Origin: Parcubacteria group bacterium | Lineage (GTDB): Bacteria; Patescibacteriota; Minisyncoccia; Moranbacterales; UBA9337 | Direction: 5' to 3' | Assembly (NCBI GenBank): GCA_041662245.1 | Contig: JBAZSW010000003.1 | Coordinates: 45,798-109,797 of the forward strand | DNA: 64,000 bases | In this document: positions 1-10,409 of the stretch, in pieces | Layout of the letters: each line of letters opens with the position of its first letter | How positions within the stretch are numbered: the stretch's first letter is position 1 | Position numbers and translations under genes: made by a program | The notes under the pieces: model-generated | What the model was told of the DNA's origin: nothing | Database searches by the model: none | What the model saw: the letters and a program-made list of their open reading frames with translations, nothing else

Positions 1-1553
1 TATTAATTTTAATCCCGTTTATTTCCATTTCTGCCAAAATTTCAATTAGAGGCATTTCTATTTTTTCAAAAACATTTTTTAGATTTTTTGATTTAGAATA
101 TTTCTTTTGACTATTTGAAATTTCTTCTATTTTTTTAAACAAAATTCCTCTCAATTTCCAAAGATAATCTACTCTTTGACATAATTTCTTAGCTTCTTCT
201 TCTCGAGAAAATCCCAATAAACTAATTTGACCCAAATCTTTATCACTAAATTCTTCGCCTAGCTCAGCCATAATTAACCTTTCTAATTCTATTTTTTCTC
301 CTGATTTCAAAAGATAATCTGCCAACATCACATCAAATTCAATTCCCTTTAAAATAACTCTCTTACTTTTTAATAATTTATAATCATTTTTTAGATTCCA
401 ACCTGTTTTTTTTATATTTACGTCTTCTAAAATAGGCTTTATTTTTCTTAAATTTTCATTGTCTAATTCCAAAAAATAAGCTCGCCCATTTTTCCAAGAA
501 AAGGCTACTTGGTTTTCCCTAATGCTCAGAGCAAATATTTTTTCTTTTCCTAATTCTTTTATAAAATTATCTATTTCATTTTTATTTAAGATTTGATATT
601 TAAAATCCTTCACTCCTTCTTTAGTCACATTCCTTTTTGGATTATCATTGTTGGTTAATCCTTTATCATCACCCTGAAGTCTTTTGATTAAACTATAAAA
701 ACCCAATTCTCTGAAAAGATTAATTAACTTTTGTCTGTCAAAATCATGTGTCTTACATTCTTCCAATTTAAAATCAAAAGACACATCGATCTTGATTGTA
801 CCTAATTCTCTAGAGGTAAAAGCTAACATTTTATCTTTTTCTAGTCTATCTCTTGTTGCGCCTCTTATTTTAGCAATATTTTTATAAACTCCCTCCAGAT
901 TACCATATTCTTTAAGCAAATTTATTGCCCCTTTTTCTCCAATTCCTTTCACTCCAGGGATATTATCACTTGCATCACCCCTTAACCCCTTATAATCCTT
1001 AAGTTGGTCAGGAGAGAGTCCTCCATATCGCTCAGAAACCGCTGGTGCATCATATAAGATAGCTTTGCTTAATCCTCGGCTCATGGTATAAACTTTGGTT
1101 TTATCATTTACTAATTGCAAAGTATCCATATCTCCTGTTACAATAATTGTTTCCAATTTATCACTTCCTTTATTGGTCTTACTGGCGATAGTTCCAATCA
1201 TATCGTCAGCTTCAAAGCCCTCTTTTTCATAAATTGGAATGTTAAAAGCCTTAACCACTTCCTTTACCCTTTCTATTTGACCATATAACTCATCTGGAGC
1301 TTTTACCCGAGTAGCTTTGTAATCTTTGAATTGTTCATGTCTGAAAGTCGGCCCTTTAAGATCAAAAGTTGCCACAATATATTCTGGTTTAAATTTATCT
1401 ATTACAGCCAAAAGTGTCGAAGCAAAACCATAAACTGCGTTTACCAATTCTCCTTTTTTAGTAGTAAACGGTGGCAAAGCATGAAAAGACCGATGGATAA
1501 TAGCATTCCCATCTAAAAGCACTAATTTTTTATTTACTTTCTTAGTTTTTCTC
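1..1553 (-). CDS. polA: DNA polymerase I, N-terminal part (5'-3' exonuclease + 3'-5' exo region); truncated at window edge
   Basis: Reverse-strand translation from ATG at 1551-1553 reads MRKTKKVNKKLVLLDGNAIIHRSFHALPPFTTKKGELVNAVYGF..., the classic PolI 5'-nuclease N-terminus. Open to position 1. Absent from the ORF track because it is partial. Confidence 0.85.
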
Positions 1554-1596
1554 ATATCCTAAGTATAACCATAATATCTAAATTATACAAAAAAAT

Positions 1597-1636
1597 AATG
1601 ACGGCAACACATTGCATGTCTTCCGTCATTTTTTAA
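1597..1636. terminator. Hairpin aatgacgg-N18-ccgtcatt followed by a T-run; bidirectional terminator-like
   Basis: Perfect 8-bp inverted repeat with T6 on the plus strand and a T-rich tract on the minus strand, directly after the stop of the 66-aa minus-strand ORF. Confidence 0.45.
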
Positions 1637-1652
1637 ATCAATCCATATCCCT

Positions 1653-1853
1653 TTAACATTCTCGAACCTCAAAGACAAAATTGATTGAGGCAGAGCTTCT
1701 AAATAAGGGTAGTTGATCAGATGCTATTTCAATAGAATAAGTGTCTCTCTTAATATTTTGGAGAAGAACCCCTTTTCTTTCCGCTAATATTAAGGCCGAA
1801 TTAAAATCTCCTTTACTGGCAAACTTCACACACTTACTGCCACCATTTCTCAT
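1653..1853 (-). CDS. hypothetical small protein (66 aa)
   Basis: ORF only; no recognisable motif. Confidence 0.25.
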   Translation of the reverse strand: MRNGGSKCVKFASKGDFNSALILAERKGVLLQNIKRDTYSIEIASDQLPLFRSSASINFVFEVREC

Positions 1854-1887
1854 AATCTCAACCTCCTTTTTTAAATAAAGAACACCC

Positions 1888-2160
1888 CTATAATCGTTTT
1901 ATTGTTGTTACGTTAAACTTTCCGATCATTCCCTTGTCTGGGTCTTCAAATTTTTGAAGTAAATTAGCTGGAATTAAAACCGTATTAGGAACTATATTGT
2001 CATTTTTGCTCTCATCTTCATATAACACCTCCCACAAAATATCACCCACATCAATCCAAAACAATGCATTTACGTAACTTTTTTCACTTTCAAAACAAAG
2101 AGCACAGACACTTTCAGGATTTCCTAAATATCCCCAAATTAGATCTGAAATTTTTATCAC
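1888..2160 (-). CDS. hypothetical acidic small protein (90 aa), GTG start
   Basis: AAGGAG Shine-Dalgarno 7-8 nt upstream of the GTG. TTGACA -35-like hexamer further upstream. No recognisable domain. Confidence 0.45.
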   Translation of the reverse strand: MIKISDLIWGYLGNPESVCALCFESEKSYVNALFWIDVGDILWEVLYEDESKNDNIVPNTVLIPANLLQKFEDPDKGMIGKFNVTTIKRL

Positions 2161-2327
2161 GTTTATTCTCCTTTATTCTTTATTAATATCCAAATAACTA
2201 ACCAAAAAAACCTTGTCAATCCTCAGTATATCATTATTTTTAAATCATTACAAAAAATTATATATTTAATTAATTGTTTGTCTACCATATATATCGGAAA
2301 AAATTTGAATTTTGATATTTATTTATA

Positions 2328-3143
2328 TTATTTTTCCAATTCTACATTTTCGATTACTACATCTTCTATGGGATGGTCAGCATGATCACTTTCATGACTA
2401 ACGGTTACTTTTTCTATTTTATCCACTGTATCCATTCCTTCAATTACTTCCCCAAATACAGTATGCTTACCATCTAAATCAGGTTGTGCTAAAGCTGTCA
2501 AAATAAAAAATTGCGAACTATTGGTATCCTTTCCAGAATTAGCCATAGCCAGTGAGCCTCTGGTTAACTTATGACTACCAATCTCGTCTCTAAAGGCATA
2601 ATTAGGTCCACCCTTACCATCATCTTCCCATCTGTCATCTTTAGAATTAGGATCTCCTCCTTGAATCATAAAACCACTTATCACTCGATGAAATTTAGTC
2701 TTATCATAAAAATTATTTTCAGCTAATTTTATAAAATTTCCCACAGCCAAAGGAGCTTCTGACATATAAAAATTTACTTTTATATCTCCAAAATTAGTTT
2801 TAATTATCGCTTTCGTATATTTATTAGAATAAGTCAATAAATCTTTTTCAATATCTGTATTCTCTGATATTACAGGAGCTATTTCTTTTTTTTCAGTAGT
2901 CTCTCTCAACTGCAACTCATAACTTGCCTGATCTATAGCTTGCTCCAATTGAGCTATCCCACTATTATCTTGAACTGGTTTATTATTATTTAAATAATCT
3001 TCTTTTACATTTATTTTATTAATAGGACTAACTTCTTTGTTATTGCCATTTAAATCATCTTCGGGAATAATAAGACTGCATCCTCCTAATAAAAATGTAC
3101 TCAAAAGCAATATTAAGAATAATTCTATTTTACCCATTGTCAT
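2328..3143 (-). CDS. peptidyl-prolyl cis-trans isomerase, cyclophilin type, lipoprotein
   Basis: Lipobox LLGGCS. Cyclophilin core FHRVISGFMIQGGDP...FFILTA...HTVFGEV. Confidence 0.85.
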   Translation of the reverse strand: MTMGKIELFLILLLSTFLLGGCSLIIPEDDLNGNNKEVSPINKINVKEDYLNNNKPVQDNSGIAQLEQAIDQASYELQLRETTEKKEIAPVISENTDIEKDLLTYSNKYTKAIIKTNFGDIKVNFYMSEAPLAVGNFIKLAENNFYDKTKFHRVISGFMIQGGDPNSKDDRWEDDGKGGPNYAFRDEIGSHKLTRGSLAMANSGKDTNSSQFFILTALAQPDLDGKHTVFGEVIEGMDTVDKIEKVTVSHESDHADHPIEDVVIENVELEK

Positions 3144-3148
3144 ATATT

Positions 3149-3595
3149 TTATCGTGAAATAAAAGATACTCTTCGTCTATCTTTATCTATTAATTCAAAA
3201 TTTAACCACACAGCTCTAAAAGGAATAATATTTTTTATTTTTTCTGGCCATTCTATTATAATAATATTCTCTTTATTTCCAATCAGTTCCTTCCATCCCA
3301 AATCCAAAATATCTTCACTTTCTACTCGATAAGTGTCAATATGATAGATATTTTTAACTTTATATGAATTCTTCTTTAGGGAATACTTTTTCATCACAAT
3401 AAAAGTCGGGCTAGTTAAAGCTCCTTCTGCGCCTAGAGTTTTCAGAAACCCTTGAGTAAAAGTAGTTTTCCCTGCTCCCAATCCACCTTTCAAACAAATA
3501 ATATCGCCCCCTTTAACATTTTGAGCAAATTCTTTACCCAATTTAACAGTTTCTTGAGTATTTTTTGTAATCACTTCCTTAAAATCTTTAAACAT
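3149..3595 (-). CDS. tsaE: tRNA t6A37 threonylcarbamoyladenosine biosynthesis ATPase TsaE
   Basis: P-loop GGLGAGKTTFTQGF, size 148 aa, YjeE family layout. Confidence 0.8.
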   Translation of the reverse strand: MFKDFKEVITKNTQETVKLGKEFAQNVKGGDIICLKGGLGAGKTTFTQGFLKTLGAEGALTSPTFIVMKKYSLKKNSYKVKNIYHIDTYRVESEDILDLGWKELIGNKENIIIIEWPEKIKNIIPFRAVWLNFELIDKDRRRVSFISR

Positions 3596-3640
3596 ATTAG
3601 CATTTTAGCATATCAATAAAATAACATTAAAAAAAATCCA

Positions 3641-3722
3641 AGTCATCAGTCATCCGCAATAAGCCACCAGAACACTTTTAACTTCGATGATTGATGACTT
3701 ATGACTAATGATTCAGTGACTA
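3641..3722 (+). repeat. copy A of an ~80-bp intergenic element with 12-bp terminal inverted repeats (AGTCATCAGTCA ... TGACTtATGACT)
   Basis: The 20-mer agtcatcagtcatccgcaat (3641-3660) is the exact reverse complement of 29828-29847. The internal tract ttttaacYtcgatga is shared with copy B. Confidence 0.5.
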
Positions 3723-3730
3723 TTCTTTTA

Positions 3731-3773
3731 CTTTATAAACTTTTATAGCTTTATGAACTTTAAAAACTTTGGT
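3731..3773. repeat. tandem AGTTYATAA-type 9-mers (reading on the minus strand) immediately after the comM stop
   Basis: ctttataaacttttatagctttatgaacttt. The same motif family is seen at 7877-7896, 26021-26045 and 49691-49712. Confidence 0.35.
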
Positions 3774-5300
3774 TCACTCATTCTTAAATCTATATTGAAT
3801 ACTTTCTGCAATATGCATCGGGGAAATATTTTTCTCATCAGATAGATCCGCAATAGTACGCGCTATTTTTATAAGACGATAATAAGACCTAGCACTTAAT
3901 CCCATTTTGGTAACTGCATTTTTAAGCAATTCAATTGAATCTGATTTTAGTGGACAAAACTTCTTTATTTCATTAGAGGACATCTCGCTATTAGTTATTT
4001 TTCCTGTCCCAAGAAACCTTTCTTTCTGAATTCCTCGTGCTCTTTCTATTCGTTCTCTTATTTCAATACTACTTTCTCCAGAATTCTCTTCTTGAAGCTT
4101 TTCAAATTTTAACCGAGGAACTTCAATTTGTAAATCTATTCTATCTAAAATTGGTCCTGATATTTTTCTCTGATAATTAGCTACTTGAGAAGGTGAGCAA
4201 GAACACATTTTTTCTGGATCAGTAGCATTGCCACAGGGACAAGGATTCATAGCAGCTACGAGAGTAAAACGAGCTGGAAAATTAAGTGTACCTTTAGCTC
4301 TTGAGACTGTCACTACTCCATCTTCCAAAGGCTGGCGTAAACTTTCCATCACATGTTTAGGAAATTCAGCAAATTCATCCAAAAACAACACTCCTCTATG
4401 AGATAGACTTATTTCTCCAGGCTTAGGATAGCTACCTCCCCCCACTAAAGAAACAGCACTGGCACTATGATGAGGCGATCGAAATGGTCTTTGGGTTATC
4501 AAAGGTTCGCTCTTAGATAAATTTCCCGAAATAGAAAAAATTTTTGTAATTTCTAAAGCTTCTGTAAGTGTTAGTTTGGGAAGAATCGATGCCATAGCTT
4601 TAGCTAATAAAGTTTTTCCACTTCCGGGAGGACCATTCATTATTACATTATGTCCTCCTGCAGCTGCTATTTCTAACGCCCGCTTAGCATGTTCTTGTCC
4701 TTTAATATGAGCCATATCTACCACAAAATCGCTATTTTCAAATAAAGTTTTTTGATTAATCTCAGGAAAATCTTCAATTATCTTTTCTCCAATCAGATGA
4801 GCAACTAATCCATACAAATTAGCAATAGGAATTATCTTGATTCCAACTACCACACTGGCTTCTCTGGCATTTTCCAAGGGAATAAAAATTTGAGAGAAAC
4901 CTTTCTTTTTAGCCATTAAAACTATTGGTAAAACCCCCTGTACCGGTCGAGCCGTTCCATCCAAAGACAATTCTCCAATAAAAAGCTTATTTTTAAAATC
5001 AAAATTTATTTGATTAGAGACCAAAAGAAATCCCAAAGCTATTGGAATATCATAAATAGGACTATTCTTAGGCAAATCTGCGGGAGCTAAATTAACAGTT
5101 ACTCTACCACACTGGTGTGGTGGTTTAAAACCGCTATTTTTTATAGCACTACTCACTCTATCCCTAGATTCTTTAATAGAAGTATCAGGTAGCCCTACAA
5201 TAGTAAAGTTATGCAATCCCTGAGTGAGCGTATCCACTTCCACCTCTACAATTTCACTATCCAATCCTATTGTGGCTGCTGAAAAAACTTTTGAAGACAT
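3774..5300 (-). CDS. comM: YifB/ComM family Mg-chelatase-like AAA+ ATPase
   Basis: N-terminal Lon-like domain, Walker A NGPPGSGKTLLAKA, C-terminal MCM-like region, 508 aa. Confidence 0.85.
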   Translation of the reverse strand: MSSKVFSAATIGLDSEIVEVEVDTLTQGLHNFTIVGLPDTSIKESRDRVSSAIKNSGFKPPHQCGRVTVNLAPADLPKNSPIYDIPIALGFLLVSNQINFDFKNKLFIGELSLDGTARPVQGVLPIVLMAKKKGFSQIFIPLENAREASVVVGIKIIPIANLYGLVAHLIGEKIIEDFPEINQKTLFENSDFVVDMAHIKGQEHAKRALEIAAAGGHNVIMNGPPGSGKTLLAKAMASILPKLTLTEALEITKIFSISGNLSKSEPLITQRPFRSPHHSASAVSLVGGGSYPKPGEISLSHRGVLFLDEFAEFPKHVMESLRQPLEDGVVTVSRAKGTLNFPARFTLVAAMNPCPCGNATDPEKMCSCSPSQVANYQRKISGPILDRIDLQIEVPRLKFEKLQEENSGESSIEIRERIERARGIQKERFLGTGKITNSEMSSNEIKKFCPLKSDSIELLKNAVTKMGLSARSYYRLIKIARTIADLSDEKNISPMHIAESIQYRFKNE

Positions 5301-5321
5301 TTAGCATTCGTAATTATGATT

Positions 5322-5741
5322 TTAATTATTTTCGTTTTTGGATCTCTTAAATATTATCAATAAAGCTCCCACCATAATAAATATATCCGCTAAATTAAAG
5401 ACTGGAAAAAACTTTAAATCAATAAAATCAATTATACAACCAAAATTATAACGATCCATTAGATTAGCTATTGCTCCTCCCAAAATGAATGCAATTCCCA
5501 CTTTATTGATAACAAAATCTTCAAAGTTAATTTTTTCCCAAAGATATGAGCATGCTACTATAAAAATTAGAGCTACCACAGGATAAAAAACCCAATTAGG
5601 AACAGAAAAACCGAAGGAAATACCTCCATTACAAATATAAAATCCGTCAAAATAACGGATTAAATATTTAGCCAGTTGATCAATTATAGCCAAAAAGAAA
5701 ATTAAAAAAATAAGTTTATATTTTTTTTCTATTTTTTCCAT
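5322..5741 (-). CDS. lspA: lipoprotein signal peptidase (signal peptidase II)
   Basis: Four TM helices. Motifs NLMDR, FNLADIFI. Confidence 0.8.
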   Translation of the reverse strand: MEKIEKKYKLIFLIFFLAIIDQLAKYLIRYFDGFYICNGGISFGFSVPNWVFYPVVALIFIVACSYLWEKINFEDFVINKVGIAFILGGAIANLMDRYNFGCIIDFIDLKFFPVFNLADIFIMVGALLIIFKRSKNENN

Positions 5742-5757
5742 TTTTCTTTGATTTAAA

Positions 5758-6117
5758 TTATTTACTAGCGCACTGCATGCACTTAACTGCCGATGGATTT
5801 GCTTCTAATCTTTCTATGGCTATTTCTTTTCCACATTCTTCACAAACTCCAAAACTATCACTTTTTATTTTTTCCAGAGAACGATTAATTTCCTTCAGTT
5901 GTTCTTCTAAATTATTCTCCAAAGCTACATTATCCACATATTCCTCGACCTCAGAAGCATTATCCTCTCTGTCGTCTCCAATATCTTCATAAACTGTTTC
6001 GTAATCGCCTTTATCTGAAGTTGGTTTAGCAATTCTCCCCAATTCTTCTTCTAATTTTCCTTTTTGCTCAATCAACATTTCTTCGAATTTCTTAATTTCT
6101 TTTTCATTTAAAATCAT
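5758..6117 (-). CDS. DksA/TraR family C4 zinc-finger protein
   Basis: Coiled-coil N-terminus and C-terminal CEECGKEI...CMQC zinc finger. Confidence 0.7.
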   Translation of the reverse strand: MILNEKEIKKFEEMLIEQKGKLEEELGRIAKPTSDKGDYETVYEDIGDDREDNASEVEEYVDNVALENNLEEQLKEINRSLEKIKSDSFGVCEECGKEIAIERLEANPSAVKCMQCASK

Positions 6118-6265
6118 ATTTTTATAATAACTCTTAATTTATCAGATAAATTTAAGGCTACTTTCAATTATCGTTTATATGTCTATACTATCAACTTAAC
6201 CAGATAATGTCTAGCGTTCATTTATTCTAACATATTAACACATCAACATTAAAGTAAAATCTATT

Positions 6266-6321
6266 TGTCATTTCGACCGGATGAATTTATGAATACAAGG
6301 ATTTGTGCAGTCGAAATGACA
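6266..6321. repeat. perfect 12-bp inverted repeat tgtcatttcgac / gtcgaaatgaca around a 32-nt spacer
   Basis: Seen directly in the sequence. It lies ~40 nt 3' of the U32 peptidase stop. No U-tract follows. It contains the recurrent TCATTTCGAC motif in both orientations. Confidence 0.4.
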
Positions 6322-6360
6322 TATTCAAAAAACTTAATAAGTTTACTTGCATCATTCGTA

Positions 6361-7764
6361 CTACTGCAAAACTTTTTTTCTCAACAAATTCATTTCCTTC
6401 ACATCTTTTTTATCAAACATAAAATAATAATTTTTTCCATGTCCACCATGAGCTGAAGATACCTCATTCATTTTGTCATCAAGCATTTTTAATATTTTTA
6501 TCTTAAAATTTCCTTTTCTGCTAACAATTTCTACACTGTCTTTATTATAAATCGCATTATGCACTTTCACTTCAAATAAAATCTCTGTTTTTTTTCTTTT
6601 TTTAATGATTTCCCCCACAAATTCAAATTCGCTCTGATTATGTGAATTTAAAAAATTATGTTCTGGTTCAGTATCTAATAGAAATCCTGTAGTATAGCCT
6701 CTGTGCACCAAATCACTCAAATTTTCTTGCTCTTTTTTAATTATTTTTTTTAATTGCTTATCTTTCTCAACAATTGCTCTTAAAACATTGCTATAAGACC
6801 TCGTCACTGTCGCTAGATAATAAACACTCTTGTTCCTTCCTTCAATTTTAAAAGAATCTACGCCTGCCTTAATCAATTCATCTAAATAACTCAATAAATT
6901 AAGATCCTTACTATTAAAAAAATAAGTTCCCTGTTTATCTTCTTCTAAATCAATTTCAAACTCCCCCCGATTATCAACAACTCGCATTTCCTTTATTTCA
7001 TTCTCCTTTTCACTATTCCCCATTCGTATATTCGTATTTAATTTGTAATTCGCAGAGAACCCCCATCGACAAGGTTGTGAGCAATCTCCTAGGTTAGCGC
7101 TCTTATCGCTCATCCACTTACTAAGAATGCAACGCCCTGAATAACTCATGCACATTGCCCCATGCACGAAATATTCTAATTCCATCTCAGGAACATGTTT
7201 TTTAATCTCCTTTATTTCTATCAAAGTCACTTCTCGAGCCAGAACCACTCTTTTTACTCCCTGCTGATACCAAAATTTTACCGCCTGCCAATTAGTGGCA
7301 TTTGCTTGAGTAGATAGATGAATTTCCGCTTGGGGCAGATACTCCCTTACTAGCATTAAAATCCCAGGATCACTTAATATTATTCCATCCATCCTAATAT
7401 TTTTCAGTTTTTTTAAATGACCCTCTAATTTTTTTAAATGAATATTATGCGCATAAATATTTAATGTTACATAAAATTTCTTTCCCATTTTATGTGCATA
7501 TTCCACACCTTTTTTTAGAGAATCAAAATCAAAATCGTTAATTCGAGCCCGCAGAGAAAAATCAGGCACTCCAGCATAAACCGCATCCGCTCCATAATGC
7601 AAAGCATATTTCATCTTATTTAAACTTCCCGCCGGCGCAAGTAATTCAATTTTACCGTGTATCTTTTTTACTACACCCTTCTTAATAATATTTATACCAA
7701 CTTTTCCAGAAGCTTTGGCGGGCAAGCCCGCTGGGGTCAGTAATTCAATATTTATTTTTTTCAT
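6361..7764 (-). CDS. peptidase U32 family protein (collagenase-like)
   Basis: IELLAPAG...YALHYGADAVYAG...FYVTLN motifs, 467 aa. Confidence 0.8.
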   Translation of the reverse strand: MKKINIELLTPAGLPAKASGKVGINIIKKGVVKKIHGKIELLAPAGSLNKMKYALHYGADAVYAGVPDFSLRARINDFDFDSLKKGVEYAHKMGKKFYVTLNIYAHNIHLKKLEGHLKKLKNIRMDGIILSDPGILMLVREYLPQAEIHLSTQANATNWQAVKFWYQQGVKRVVLAREVTLIEIKEIKKHVPEMELEYFVHGAMCMSYSGRCILSKWMSDKSANLGDCSQPCRWGFSANYKLNTNIRMGNSEKENEIKEMRVVDNRGEFEIDLEEDKQGTYFFNSKDLNLLSYLDELIKAGVDSFKIEGRNKSVYYLATVTRSYSNVLRAIVEKDKQLKKIIKKEQENLSDLVHRGYTTGFLLDTEPEHNFLNSHNQSEFEFVGEIIKKRKKTEILFEVKVHNAIYNKDSVEIVSRKGNFKIKILKMLDDKMNEVSSAHGGHGKNYYFMFDKKDVKEMNLLRKKVLQ

Positions 7765-7899
7765 ATAATAAAATAAATCTAATTTTAAAAAAGAATGAAT
7801 CTAGGTTCATTCCACTAAGTAATTTATACTAAAACAAACAAAAAAACAAATATTTTCAAACTTGCTTTCCTGAATACTTTACAAACTTTATAAACTATT

Positions 7900-9240
7900 T
7901 TACTCGTATCGCAAAGCATCCAATGCATGGATAGTTGCTGCTCTTTTGGCTGGCATAATTCCTGTTACTAAGCCCAAAAATCCAATAAAACAAACCAAAG
8001 CTAAAATAAAATAACCAGGGATATAAATAAAATCAATCGGAGCCATGCCTCTTTTGGCCGAGAAAAAATTAAAAACAAGATTTATTAATTCCGCAAAACC
8101 ATAACCCCCTGCAAATCCTAAGGCTCCTCCGACAAAACTTATAATCGCCGCTTCAAAAACAAACATTCGAAAAATATCTATTCTTTTCGCGCCCAAGGCT
8201 TTTAAAATTCCTACCTCCTTGGTCCTTTGTAGCAAGGAAACACTAAGTGTGTTTAGCATCCCCATCGCTGAAATAGACATAATAATTGTCCCAAAAACTA
8301 TCAAAACCACTCTAATTACCAAGAAAAACATATTAATATCAGTAACCACATCCACCACACTCTCTGTTACGAATCCTAATATTTCTATATTTTTTCTAAT
8401 TTCTTCAATACTTTTTGTTTTCATATCCACCGTCGCTTTTCCTGTCTGAGCTAAATCTATTCCAAACTTATCCCGTAAAAAATCATAATAAAAATAAGCC
8501 ACCACACTATCTTCATTATCTGTAACTCCAATAACTTCAGCCTCATTATTATTGTTTTGAATTCCATCTCTTTTCCCTGAATTAGTTTCATCAGAAAGAA
8601 TTATATCAAAATTTACCTTTTTTCCAACAACGTCTTCTCCGTTACTAAAACCTAAAATACTGGCTAATTTTTTAGAAATAATTATTTTATTATTTCTATC
8701 CGGATCATCCATTTTCCCATATTTCATGTTGATATTGATCAACTTCAAAAAATTATCAGTAACTCCAAAGATAATTACATCTGTTTGAGATTCCTGATAA
8801 TAGACTTTTCCCCCCGTATTAACTTCTACGGCTATATCCACTACTCCAGGAATATTTTTTATTTTATTAACATTTTCTTTATTTAAAGACACGAAATTAT
8901 CCAAATTCCCATTATTAATATCAATAATATTTTCTGGATTATTCTTAGTCACCTCATTGATAACCATTTTTTGCATACCAAATCCAAGACAAATTAGAAA
9001 TGTAACCACTCCAATTCCAATAGCCACTCCCCCAATAGTTAAGAAAGAACGTAATTTATTAACAAAGATATTTCTATAACCAATTAAAACAATAGAAGCA
9101 ATGCTCATGCTTTTAATTTTGTATTTCTTAATTGGTTTTTTATTTTTATTGTTTAGAAAGCCCAACATTTTTTTGGCATTTATTTTAAATCTAATATAAA
9201 TTTTACTACAAATACCCAAAAAAAGAAACTCCCTTACCAA
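7900..9240 (-). CDS. MacB/FtsX-family ABC transporter permease with a large extracytoplasmic domain
   Basis: N-terminal TM (LRSFLTIGGVAIGIG), ~200-aa periplasmic domain, three C-terminal TMs of the FtsX type. The true start is probably internal (M at ~9168 or ~9108). Confidence 0.75.
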   Translation of the reverse strand: MVREFLFLGICSKIYIRFKINAKKMLGFLNNKNKKPIKKYKIKSMSIASIVLIGYRNIFVNKLRSFLTIGGVAIGIGVVTFLICLGFGMQKMVINEVTKNNPENIIDINNGNLDNFVSLNKENVNKIKNIPGVVDIAVEVNTGGKVYYQESQTDVIIFGVTDNFLKLININMKYGKMDDPDRNNKIIISKKLASILGFSNGEDVVGKKVNFDIILSDETNSGKRDGIQNNNNEAEVIGVTDNEDSVVAYFYYDFLRDKFGIDLAQTGKATVDMKTKSIEEIRKNIEILGFVTESVVDVVTDINMFFLVIRVVLIVFGTIIMSISAMGMLNTLSVSLLQRTKEVGILKALGAKRIDIFRMFVFEAAIISFVGGALGFAGGYGFAELINLVFNFFSAKRGMAPIDFIYIPGYFILALVCFIGFLGLVTGIMPAKRAATIHALDALRYE

Positions 9241-9267
9241 AAGAACTAATCAATTTAAATTTATAAG

Positions 9268-10317
9268 TTATCTATTATTCACCTCTTCATATATAATATT
9301 AGATACTCGGGATATAATTTTTGATAAATCTTCAAATTTTTCTCCTTTGGTCATAACACAGAGAAGATATGGCCTCTCTGAATGATAGATTATTCCACAA
9401 TCATGAAGTTGTCTTACTATTTTCTTATTTTCATCTAAATATTCTCTCTCTCCAAATTTATGTGAAACCATTGTTCCACTAGGAACGCCAGCTATCAAAC
9501 CGTTTCGATAATCAACCGCAGATAACAGTGTTAGTGCTTGCTCTGACATACTCCTATTTAAATAAGAAGAATTATATAAAATTCTAAAAAAGGAAGCATA
9601 ATCTTTGGTTGTGATTAAATTATTAGGATCATACAAATTTGGTGCGCTTAATCCTAAATCGCTAAAAACTATATTCAAATCATCCGTATTTATATTTTGA
9701 AATAAAAGATTGGCTGCCTCATTATCTGAATATACTATCATTGCCTCAATTAAAGATGCTACAGTATATTTTTTTCCCACCTCAAGACTATTAGCTGGTT
9801 TTACTTCTTGTTTGTAAAATTCTAAAGAAGGCTTATCAAACGATATTTCCTTGTTAAATATATCGTAATTCTTTTCCGCATATTTATAATAAGTAATCAT
9901 CAGCGGAACCTTGAATAGACTAGCCGGAGAATATTTTTCTTGTTCGTTTATTCCAAAAGCTGGTCCATTTTTCAAATCTCTATAATATACAGAAATAGTA
10001 GTACCAGAATTTTTTGCTATTATATCCTCTTGAATTGTTTTTTTTATTTTTAATTCAGATGATTTGAAAATAGGAGAAGTATTTTTTACCTCGCACTCTA
10101 AAAGCGGGTCTATAAATTTATAGCCCGATTGACGAATTTCTTTATTTTGTTCGACGTTTTTTTCATAATTTTTTGAATTTTTTAATTCAGATTTTTTTCC
10201 AAATAAAAATCCCAAATAAAAAAAGAACATTAATAAAACTAAAAAAATAAAGAACCAAAAATATTTATTTCCAAAAGAATAGCTAAAATTATTCTCATTT
10301 TCTTTTTTATTTTTCAT
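9268..10317 (-). CDS. class A beta-lactamase / PBP-like serine hydrolase, membrane anchored
   Basis: N-terminal TM. S-x-x-K (ASLFKVPL), S-D-N (YSDNEAANLL), K-F-G variant of KTG (HKFGERE). Confidence 0.45.
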   Translation of the reverse strand: MKNKKENENNFSYSFGNKYFWFFIFLVLLMFFFYLGFLFGKKSELKNSKNYEKNVEQNKEIRQSGYKFIDPLLECEVKNTSPIFKSSELKIKKTIQEDIIAKNSGTTISVYYRDLKNGPAFGINEQEKYSPASLFKVPLMITYYKYAEKNYDIFNKEISFDKPSLEFYKQEVKPANSLEVGKKYTVASLIEAMIVYSDNEAANLLFQNINTDDLNIVFSDLGLSAPNLYDPNNLITTKDYASFFRILYNSSYLNRSMSEQALTLLSAVDYRNGLIAGVPSGTMVSHKFGEREYLDENKKIVRQLHDCGIIYHSERPYLLCVMTKGEKFEDLSKIISRVSNIIYEEVNNR

Positions 10318-10409
10318 TTTTTCTCAAAAAAATTATTTGACTGCTAAACTCATTCTACTATCCAAATAAAATCCAGTCAAAAACTATTATGCCTTACTCT
10401 GAATTTAAT

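Noticed and set aside
5777-6456. Plus-strand ORFs 5777-5992 and 6265-6456
   Set aside because: The first is antisense to the dksA/traR-like gene. The second spans the 12-bp IR hairpin and the 3' end of the U32 peptidase. No support.
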